A stretch of 64,000 bases of DNA from a virus: positions 1 through 64,000 of IMG/VR virus record IMGVR_UViG_3300048035_000135; one strand, written 5' to 3'. A program made the position numbers and the translations under genes. Below the pieces are notes generated by a model. The model worked only from the letters and a program-made list of their open reading frames with translations. It was not told where the DNA came from and did no database searches. The first letter of the stretch is position 1; every line of letters begins with the position of its first letter. Shown here piece by piece: positions 29,302-36,988 of this stretch.

Positions 29302-29562
29302 TTAATTTTCAAGCATCCTACGTCTGTATTCTGCTCTCACTGCTTGTTGCATTTTCTTTCTTTTGACAGCTGAAGGTTTGATATACTCTTTCCTATCTTT
29401 GAGTTCTTCAATCTTACCACTATCCTTTAATTTTCTTTTGAATGCTTTTAAGGCTAGTTCAATATTACCATTAACTACTTTTACGCCTGTTGCACAACCT
29501 GGTATATCCATATCTTCTCGCCTAATTTTTTTGTAAGGTCTTTTTTGTCTGTTATCTTGCAT
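29302..29562 (-). CDS. rpsU: Phage-encoded 30S ribosomal protein bS21
   Basis: VKVVNGNIELALKAFKRKLKDSG..EELKDRKEYIKPSAVKRKK is the S21 signature; basic N-terminal extension. Confidence 0.9.
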   Translation of the reverse strand: MQDNRQKRPYKKIRREDMDIPGCATGVKVVNGNIELALKAFKRKLKDSGKIEELKDRKEYIKPSAVKRKKMQQAVRAEYRRRMLEN

Positions 29563-29573
29563 ATAATGTTATT

Positions 29574-29614
29574 TAAAAAAAATACACCTATCACATTATT
29601 GTGGTTAGGTGTAT
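29574..29614 (-). terminator. Terminator-like hairpin immediately upstream of bS21
   Basis: ATACACCTA...TAGGTGTAT stem followed by T8 on the minus strand. Confidence 0.65.
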
Positions 29615-29641
29615 ATAAATATCAAAATTATTTTAGTAAAA

Positions 29642-30871
29642 TTACTTCATTGCTTTAAAAGCTACACTTACCATCTTAGGTAATGGTAGGTTTACAAATT
29701 TTTCTTTTACTTTATCTTTTTTAAGTGCATCATATACAGCTACGATTGCTGATGCTGAATAGTTATCCACTTTGTGTTTCTTTCCTGTTTGAGGGTCTTT
29801 TATAGTTTGATAACCACCTTTTCTTAATTGTGTAATGATTTCTGGTTCTTCAGCTTCATTAATAGACTCAACGAGTTTAACATCTTTAGCTGGATAATAA
29901 TCTTCTGTACTACCATCAAATCTAATTAATTGATGCTTTTTACCTTTAATCTTTTTATCTTTACCTTTAACTAATTCACCTGTGCCATAAAGTTTTCCAT
30001 CTTTATAAACATGAACTAATTCAACAGCTTCGTTAAGTTCAACAATACTATCCATAAGTTCACCATTTAATACTATAGCTGCGCCAAAGTTGAAATTCCA
30101 CCATTCTCTGTGCATAACTTCAAGTCTTTTAACACCAGCCTTTGATGGTTTTTTAACTAACTTTTCTGTAAGTTTAAGAAGTTCTTTTAGTTTAGATTGA
30201 AACTTTTTTAAATCTGCTTCTTTACCAGGCATTGGTTTAAATTTGTGTTTGATAGTTGCTTTGATTGCATTAATCAATACAGGCCCCATTATACTCACTA
30301 CTTCTTTAGCATCTGCTTTATCATCTATTACCCTATCTACAATTGCATTGGCGTTATTATAAATAGCTCCTGCTATTCTAGCACCAACCTTATCTTTGGA
30401 TATGTGATACTTAGCTTCGTTTACTGATTCGAAGTATTGAATATCTTCTTTTAATGTTCCTTCTGCAAACATCATCAACTCTTTTACTTTCTTTTCCATA
30501 GCTGGAACTTTTAATCCATAGGTATTAGCCATTAAGGTTTTCATATACCCACTATCAAGAAAGTTTTGTAATTCTTTTTTAGTTGCTACTGATGAGTTGA
30601 AATCATTTTTTGCAATCTTATCTAATTCTTTTGCACTTACTTTACCTTTCATATATGCGTTCATCGCATCTTGTTTGGTATTGTACTTAGCTTCATTTAC
30701 TGATTCGGTTACTCCTTCAGATAAATCATCAACACCTTGCTTCATATCAACAAATAGTTTTGTAAATTCTTTTTGTTTTTTAGAATCTAACTTTTTGATA
30801 TTCTTCAAATGTTTCTTTATCATAAAAGATAAATCAACTGAGATGTCTTGTAATATATCTGAGTAATCCAT
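29642..30871 (-). CDS. Multi-module hypothetical protein (putative protease-processed internal head polyprotein)
   Basis: Segments separated by ESVNEA, ESVNEA, ELNEA and ESINEA. Confidence 0.6.
   Translation of the reverse strand: MDYSDILQDISVDLSFMIKKHLKNIKKLDSKKQKEFTKLFVDMKQGVDDLSEGVTESVNEAKYNTKQDAMNAYMKGKVSAKELDKIAKNDFNSSVATKKELQNFLDSGYMKTLMANTYGLKVPAMEKKVKELMMFAEGTLKEDIQYFESVNEAKYHISKDKVGARIAGAIYNNANAIVDRVIDDKADAKEVVSIMGPVLINAIKATIKHKFKPMPGKEADLKKFQSKLKELLKLTEKLVKKPSKAGVKRLEVMHREWWNFNFGAAIVLNGELMDSIVELNEAVELVHVYKDGKLYGTGELVKGKDKKIKGKKHQLIRFDGSTEDYYPAKDVKLVESINEAEEPEIITQLRKGGYQTIKDPQTGKKHKVDNYSASAIVAVYDALKKDKVKEKFVNLPLPKMVSVAFKAMK
30408..30707. repeat. 24-bp direct repeat (1 mismatch) at 30408-30431 and 30684-30707
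   Basis: TACTTAGCTTC(G/A)TTTACTGATTCG encodes ESVNEAKY; copies are 276 nt apart. Confidence 0.85.
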
Positions 30872-32901
30872 TATTTCTTTACCCTACCCTTATCAATATC
30901 CATTTTTAATTCTTCAGCGGCACCTACTACATAGTGTGCTGCTAAGTTGATATCAATGTTCTTATACTTCATTAGTTTTCTAACTGCTAATAGTACAATT
31001 CGTTTTTCTTCAGTAGAGTAACCTTCAACAATATTCTTAGTTGTTTTGTTATTCTTAACTGAATCCATCATATCTTTAGCTGATACTTTCATCTTCATTA
31101 ACTTTTCCGATGGTAACTCTCCCATCCCAAATGATTCATTTAACATAGAAGTAAGTTTCATTGATTTAGATTCTGTGGTTAATCTTTTTTTGTATTTCTT
31201 AGCCATCTGCATTGCGACTTTTATTGCACTTTTTAAATCTTTTGTATTTTTCTGTGCTATTTGGCCATCCTCAAAATGTTCTACACTAACATTGTACTCT
31301 TCATCATTTTCATCATAACCAACAAATAACATCATATCTTGGCCACCATCAAATATAAATTCGCTAGTACCACTGTTGTATCTTAAATCGCTAACATCAG
31401 TATCTACTCTAACACCTACTGCTCTTTGTAAAGATTTTCTAACTAACTCTTGCTCTTTATCTGTCAATGCTTCATCGTTAGATGCTTCATTTAACATAGA
31501 AGTAAGTTTCATTGATTTAGATTCGTTAGCGAACTTTTTTGCGTTCTCTTTATCATCCTTATCAACATTAGTTACTTTATATTTCTTCCCATCTACTTCA
31601 AATTCACTATCACCATTTGCGATTGCTTTTGCTCTAGCTGCACCGAATTCGTTTCCTTCTTCAACTTTTTCTTCTACTTCATTGATTTCGTAATACTTTC
31701 CTAATACTTCACCAATCTCATCATAAGTTGATTCTAATCTTTGTTGTAGTGTATGAACTTCTCTTAAAGTTTTTTCAAAGATTCTAAAAGATTCATTCAT
31801 TCTTTTTACGTGTCTACCAACTGTGATACCATCAAATGAACCTTCAGTTTCTTTAACCATATTTTTACCAGCAGTTTCTACTAAGTTTCTGATTGATTCA
31901 TAAACTTTTTCTAATCCTTCTTTTCTATATACAGTTTCACCAAATGATGTGTATGCTTTAACAGCTTCTAAGAAAGCTCCTTTTTGTTCAGTAGTCATTT
32001 CAGTAGTTTCATCTCTATCATTTTCCTTTACAAAAGGTGAGTGAAATGGGTTTGAATATACTTTCATATTTTCAAACGATTCGTTTAGTAAATCTTTTAG
32101 TTTCATAGTTCCCTCTAATTTTGCTTCCATCATTTTTTTAGCTTCAGCTTCTATTTGCTTTTTAATTTTAGATGGTAATTTTTTATCGTAATATTTTATT
32201 TTACCTTTAGTATCAATGTGGGCTACATTTTTGTAATCACCAGCTTCTTCTTCAGCTTTATTATAAATAGTTAATCCGTTTCCTTTACGAGCCATACCAA
32301 TATCGTATTTTGCTTCGTTCATCTTCATAGATTCCATCAAACCGATTGCGGTACTGCCCACTTCTCTATCACCTTTATCAACATACCTCTTATTAACGAT
32401 ACCAAATTTGAATCCATCGATTTCAATCTGATACATTGGCATCATCGTAGAACTATAGAAGTATTTCTTTTTGTAACCACCTTTATCTAATTCTTTACCG
32501 ATTGCAAAGAAATCCTTTGCCTTACCAACTAAATCAGCCAATCTATCTAAGTGAGTACCAGCATCATCTCTTTCGTTAAGTGATTCTTCGTTTACATTAT
32601 CTCTCATAGCTCTGGATAAATCTTTGATGTACTTTAATTCTTCTTTAGCACCTTTGTGTTTAGCGTATCTATCCAATCCCATACTACTCATAATACCTAA
32701 TGATAAATGTAATCTAGCTTTTGCAGCTTTTGGATACTTTCTACCATAAGGTGAAGAGTTAAACCAATCAATCATAGCTTGTGCCATTTCTTTTGATAGT
32801 TTGATTCCTTCTACTCTATCAGTATTACCTTTTACAACCTGCTTTAGTCCACCGATTGCTGAGATTTCGTTAAGTGAGTTTTTTATATCAGTTAATTTCA
32901 T
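30871..32901 (-). CDS. Multi-module hypothetical protein (putative internal head polyprotein)
   Basis: Repeated MKLxxxxxNE-type linkers; AGGAG SD; directly downstream of the prohead protease gene. Confidence 0.6.
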   Translation of the reverse strand: MKLTDIKNSLNEISAIGGLKQVVKGNTDRVEGIKLSKEMAQAMIDWFNSSPYGRKYPKAAKARLHLSLGIMSSMGLDRYAKHKGAKEELKYIKDLSRAMRDNVNEESLNERDDAGTHLDRLADLVGKAKDFFAIGKELDKGGYKKKYFYSSTMMPMYQIEIDGFKFGIVNKRYVDKGDREVGSTAIGLMESMKMNEAKYDIGMARKGNGLTIYNKAEEEAGDYKNVAHIDTKGKIKYYDKKLPSKIKKQIEAEAKKMMEAKLEGTMKLKDLLNESFENMKVYSNPFHSPFVKENDRDETTEMTTEQKGAFLEAVKAYTSFGETVYRKEGLEKVYESIRNLVETAGKNMVKETEGSFDGITVGRHVKRMNESFRIFEKTLREVHTLQQRLESTYDEIGEVLGKYYEINEVEEKVEEGNEFGAARAKAIANGDSEFEVDGKKYKVTNVDKDDKENAKKFANESKSMKLTSMLNEASNDEALTDKEQELVRKSLQRAVGVRVDTDVSDLRYNSGTSEFIFDGGQDMMLFVGYDENDEEYNVSVEHFEDGQIAQKNTKDLKSAIKVAMQMAKKYKKRLTTESKSMKLTSMLNESFGMGELPSEKLMKMKVSAKDMMDSVKNNKTTKNIVEGYSTEEKRIVLLAVRKLMKYKNIDINLAAHYVVGAAEELKMDIDKGRVKK
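31135..31524. repeat. Perfect 39-bp direct repeat at 31135-31173 and 31486-31524
   Basis: TTCATTTAACATAGAAGTAAGTTTCATTGATTTAGATTC encodes ESKSMKLTSMLNE; copies are 351 nt apart. Confidence 0.95.
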
Positions 32902-32911
32902 TTATTATCTC

Positions 32912-33529
32912 CTAAATAGAACAAACACCATCAATTTCACAGATGATATCTCGTACTAATGTATTAATCTTTTTATATGAAGGTGTTTTTGCCTTTCCAA
33001 CTACTGATTCGTTCATGGGTCTCATAAATGCGCCATGTGTTGATGGGTTTGAAACAAAATCCCAACAAATTAAATCAAAATCATCTTCTACAGTAACAGA
33101 TTTACCATTACTAGCTTCTTTTACAGAACCCATACCTCTTGAAGAGATACCAACAGTACAACCTGCCTCTAAAAGTTCTTTAAGGATGTTCCCTGCTGGA
33201 GTTTTAAGTATTTCTACCTTACCCATCACATCATCACCCTTCCAATATACTTCTCTGATGATATGTGAAGTGTTTTTTAGTTCAACTACCGAAGATTCAG
33301 GATGGTCTAACTCACCAAACGCTCTATTTTCTTTGATTTCTCTATTTTTGTATTTATCCACTTCTCTTTCTAAGATTGAACGTGGATAAACTCTACCATT
33401 TTGATTTTCAGCTTCAGCACGTTGCAGGACACCATTAACAATCAACCTACCATTGTTATCTTCCAATGATTCATTGATTTGCCTCTTAGTCATAGTAAAA
33501 GGAATTGTATCTATAAGTAATCTTCCCAT
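32912..33529 (-). CDS. Prohead protease (T4 gp21-like)
   Basis: NQNGRVYP, GELDHP, SHII, GISSRGMGS, DFVSNPS. Likely start MGRLL at 33529. Confidence 0.95.
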   Translation of the reverse strand: MGRLLIDTIPFTMTKRQINESLEDNNGRLIVNGVLQRAEAENQNGRVYPRSILEREVDKYKNREIKENRAFGELDHPESSVVELKNTSHIIREVYWKGDDVMGKVEILKTPAGNILKELLEAGCTVGISSRGMGSVKEASNGKSVTVEDDFDLICWDFVSNPSTHGAFMRPMNESVVGKAKTPSYKKINTLVRDIICEIDGVCSI

Positions 33530-33663
33530 TATGCTCCCCAAACTTTTCGTTTTCTATATAAATCAAACATGATTTGTGCTACTTCATATCTTATAAATAG
33601 ACGAATATTCTCCAAATCCTTATTTGAGAGTTCTTCTTTTAATATTTTCTTTTTGGAACTCAT
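33529..33663 (-). CDS. 44-aa hypothetical protein (not in ORF track)
   Basis: MSSKKKILKEELSNKDLENIRLFIRYEVAQIMFDLYRKRKVWGA; ATGA overlap upstream and TAATG overlap downstream. Confidence 0.7.
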   Translation of the reverse strand: MSSKKKILKEELSNKDLENIRLFIRYEVAQIMFDLYRKRKVWGA

Positions 33664-34148
33664 GCTGATAACTCTTTTAGGTTTCTAGCTACCTTTAACA
33701 TACGTTCTGAAATTTTTCCAAATCTTTTTTTAGTTGATTCCCAATATTGACCCGAATGAACACCAGCTTCTGTTTTCAATTTAGCGTTTTGATTAACCAT
33801 TCTTTCCAACTTAAACATCATACTATTGATTTCTTTAATAGAATCATTTATTTTTTGATGTTGCTTTCTTGAATCATCTTTTTTAAACTCTTTATAAGAA
33901 ATCTCATTGATTTTATTTTCTAACTTACGTTCTAATGATTCTAATTTTTTAGTATTCATTTTTTTCTCCTTTGATTTCTTATATCCTAAAACTTCAATAT
34001 GTTCATCATCCAAATCATCTTCATCTTTACTTTTAGCAAAGGCATGTGGGGTTTTAATAGGGCCCTCACCACCATCTAAATTAGCAGTTACGTTAGATTC
34101 TTCGATTTCTTCGAACTTATCTTCAATTTCTTTTATTAAACTTTTCAT
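33660..34148 (-). CDS. Hypothetical head-module protein
   Basis: 162 aa, coupled to neighbours, carries IEE and INE motifs. Confidence 0.65.
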   Translation of the reverse strand: MKSLIKEIEDKFEEIEESNVTANLDGGEGPIKTPHAFAKSKDEDDLDDEHIEVLGYKKSKEKKMNTKKLESLERKLENKINEISYKEFKKDDSRKQHQKINDSIKEINSMMFKLERMVNQNAKLKTEAGVHSGQYWESTKKRFGKISERMLKVARNLKELSA

Positions 34149-34993
34149 TTAAACACCCTTTTCAATTCAGATTTAAGTTCGTGATATCTAAGTAGTGATA
34201 AAATTTGAGATTCTGTAATTACTTTAGCTGCTTTTAACTTACTAATGAGTTTTAATACTTCATTTACTTTAATCTTAGTAACAGTATCTGTAACTTTTAC
34301 ATTTTCAATTTCTTTTTTAAGTAAATTACACTCTCTTATTACAAATTTCTTTAATTTTTGAGAATTATCTACTGAGTTGATGTATTCTCTCAAAATATTT
34401 TGTTGTTTATCAGTAAGATTTGTATATTTGTTGTTAAAATTCTCAACTAACATCTTCCATGCTAACAATCTCACCTCTTTTGGTTGTTTAGAATAATCTT
34501 CGTTAATGGTAGATGTTACTTTATCTTCTGATTTAGAATTGTTTGTTAACGATTCTAACAATGTTGATTTACATTCTACATATTCCTTTGGATTATCAGA
34601 TGTAGTATGTTCAAATAATTTATATATAGATGCATTTGCTTTATAGTTAGATACTCTATACTTAAAGAAATCTTCTAAAACAAAATTTTTCTTAATAGCT
34701 TTGATTAAATTGTACTTCTGTCTATTTAAAACAGATTCGTTTAATTTTTTTCTTTCACTAAGTATGATGTTTACAAACTCAGATGCTTTATACTCTGAAG
34801 AAAATGATTCTTCAATAAATACTTTATATAATTTAAGTTCCTTAGCTAATTCTGTACTCTTACCAAAGTGCTCTCTTATAATGTAAGTAGCTCTTGAATC
34901 TTTATTGTTCAAAGTATCGGTACTGATTTGTCTTACCAATAATTCGAATAAGATTCCTGTATTTTTGTACTTACTATGTTTCAATTTCTTCAT
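34145..34993 (-). CDS. Hypothetical head-module protein (possible prohead core component)
   Basis: Between portal and protease; GAGGA SD; late motif at 35035-35042. Confidence 0.65.
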   Translation of the reverse strand: MKKLKHSKYKNTGILFELLVRQISTDTLNNKDSRATYIIREHFGKSTELAKELKLYKVFIEESFSSEYKASEFVNIILSERKKLNESVLNRQKYNLIKAIKKNFVLEDFFKYRVSNYKANASIYKLFEHTTSDNPKEYVECKSTLLESLTNNSKSEDKVTSTINEDYSKQPKEVRLLAWKMLVENFNNKYTNLTDKQQNILREYINSVDNSQKLKKFVIRECNLLKKEIENVKVTDTVTKIKVNEVLKLISKLKAAKVITESQILSLLRYHELKSELKRVFK

Positions 34994-35050
34994 TTGTTTC
35001 CTCAGTTTTCGATAAAAGCAACTATATATTTTGTTATAAATATTATATTT

Positions 35051-36922
35051 TTAAGAATCCAATATGTTTTTCTCATCCAATAATGATAAACTTTCATCAT
35101 TGGTGTCCTCTTTTAACGATTCTATTATTATTTTTTTGGTTTTTCTATTAGATTTCATACGTCCAATAACTGCATCAATCTGTTCTTGATTGATAACGGA
35201 AGTAGCGTTATATCCTTCAGGTCTTATATCAATACTTTTGTTACCTAAAGGGTCTCTACCGAATGGTGATTTATCTTTACCATACGTTCCACCTTCCTTA
35301 GGTCTACCAGCACCTTCAAATCCCCCTTCAGGAGCTCCACCTTTGTTTTCACCGAATGCCCCACCAGCATCACCACCACCTTCTTGTGTTGTTAGTGCTG
35401 CTAAATCATGTGGTGTACCAAATGATTCTCCAGTCTTAACTGGGTCATTACCTTCTTGCTCAATCTGTTCGTGTCTGAATCCTAATTTCAAATCATTGAT
35501 AACTTTGAATTGTTCTTCTTTCCATTCATCTTCACTCATATTAAAGATGTTTTTGTAAACCCACTCTTGTGATACCATTCTTAAATCTTTGATATCACTT
35601 GCTAATGATACTTTTTCAGACCAAAGGTTTGCTTTTTCTTGCTCATAAATAATAGATGGAGTAGTAAGTTCTAATTCAAAGTTTACCAACTCTTCATCTG
35701 TATAACCTTGTGAGTATAAGTGTACAATTGCAATCTTAGTTAATTCTGAAAGTACAATCTTTTGGATTCTTTCTACAGAACGAGCAAATCTAATATCTTC
35801 TTGCGCTAATGTTGCTTTACCTTCAACACCTTCTTCGTATCCAATAAATGCTTTTGGAACTTTAAGTGCTGCCATCATTCTGTTTCTTAGGTATTCGATA
35901 TCATCAATACCACCAAACTCCATTCCACTTAGAGAATCAATCTCAGTACCACTTTGTCCACCTCTAACAGGTAAATAGTAATCTTCCAACATATTCTGCA
36001 TATTGAATTTAAGATTGTAATCACCAGTAGTTTCATCAATGTATGGAGTTTTCTTCATCTGGTCGATGATGTTACTCATATATGAATCAACCTCAGCAGG
36101 TGGAATATTACCAATATCAATTTTGAAAATTCTCTTTTCAGGTGCTCTCATAATTCGATGAATCATCATCGCATCTTCCATAAGAGTTAATTGTTTCCAA
36201 GTCTTTCTTGCACCTTCTAACAATGAACGTCCATAAGGTAGGAAGTTTGTATCTGTTAATAATCTGAAATGTGCTACTTGGAATGATTCTAAAAACTTAG
36301 TGTTGTTTCTTTGTGAAATTGCATTTGTGTTTTGTTCTTCAACCTCAAATCTTACTGAATAAGGATTATCTAAATCATATCCTTCTTCTCTTCTCGTTTC
36401 ATATGCCGATAGTGGTTGTGCGTTTACAACACCTAACTCATCATCAATATCTAAGTAAAGATAGTAATCACCATATTTGTTCATACCTCTTACCCAAGAC
36501 CATAAGTTGAACTCAATGTTCAATACATCATAGAATAAGTTTCTTAATGTTTTCTTTAATTTTTCATCAGATGATTTAACTCTAAGTACATCACCCATAT
36601 CGTTTTTAAGTGTACACTCATCTGAGTATATATCTAAGATTGATGAGATAATAGAATCTTTATCCATTGCCTCATAATCTGTATATAGTTCTAATTTATT
36701 CGAATGGTAGTTAAATCTTTCATTGTATGTTTGCCAATTCTTTCTTGAGTTAGAACCATGCAATCTTCCATACCTATCATAGTAAGCTGAACCTCTTCTA
36801 TTACCATCACTTTGTAATCTTGAAGAATCAACAACTTTTAATTTATCTTTACCGACTCTTCTAACAACTACCTGAGTTGAGAATAGTCTCTTTAATCTAC
36901 CGAATAATGAAGTATCTGCCAT
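35051..36922 (-). CDS. Portal protein (T4 gp20-like)
   Basis: LMEDAMMIHRIMRAPEKRIFKIDIGN, MLEDYYLP.RGG..GTEI..L.G, ALKVPK. Confidence 0.95.
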   Translation of the reverse strand: MADTSLFGRLKRLFSTQVVVRRVGKDKLKVVDSSRLQSDGNRRGSAYYDRYGRLHGSNSRKNWQTYNERFNYHSNKLELYTDYEAMDKDSIISSILDIYSDECTLKNDMGDVLRVKSSDEKLKKTLRNLFYDVLNIEFNLWSWVRGMNKYGDYYLYLDIDDELGVVNAQPLSAYETRREEGYDLDNPYSVRFEVEEQNTNAISQRNNTKFLESFQVAHFRLLTDTNFLPYGRSLLEGARKTWKQLTLMEDAMMIHRIMRAPEKRIFKIDIGNIPPAEVDSYMSNIIDQMKKTPYIDETTGDYNLKFNMQNMLEDYYLPVRGGQSGTEIDSLSGMEFGGIDDIEYLRNRMMAALKVPKAFIGYEEGVEGKATLAQEDIRFARSVERIQKIVLSELTKIAIVHLYSQGYTDEELVNFELELTTPSIIYEQEKANLWSEKVSLASDIKDLRMVSQEWVYKNIFNMSEDEWKEEQFKVINDLKLGFRHEQIEQEGNDPVKTGESFGTPHDLAALTTQEGGGDAGGAFGENKGGAPEGGFEGAGRPKEGGTYGKDKSPFGRDPLGNKSIDIRPEGYNATSVINQEQIDAVIGRMKSNRKTKKIIIESLKEDTNDESLSLLDEKNILDS

Positions 36923-36952
36923 AATGTTTTTCTTTTATATACTACTACAATA

Positions 36953-36986
36953 TATAAATATACAAAAAATATTTTTAATATCCAAA
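36953..36986 (-). promoter_or_regulatory. Overlapping host-type and late-type promoter motifs upstream of portal
   Basis: TTTG-N20-TATATTTA overlaps TATTTATA at 36953-36960. Confidence 0.55.
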
Positions 36987-36988
36987 TT

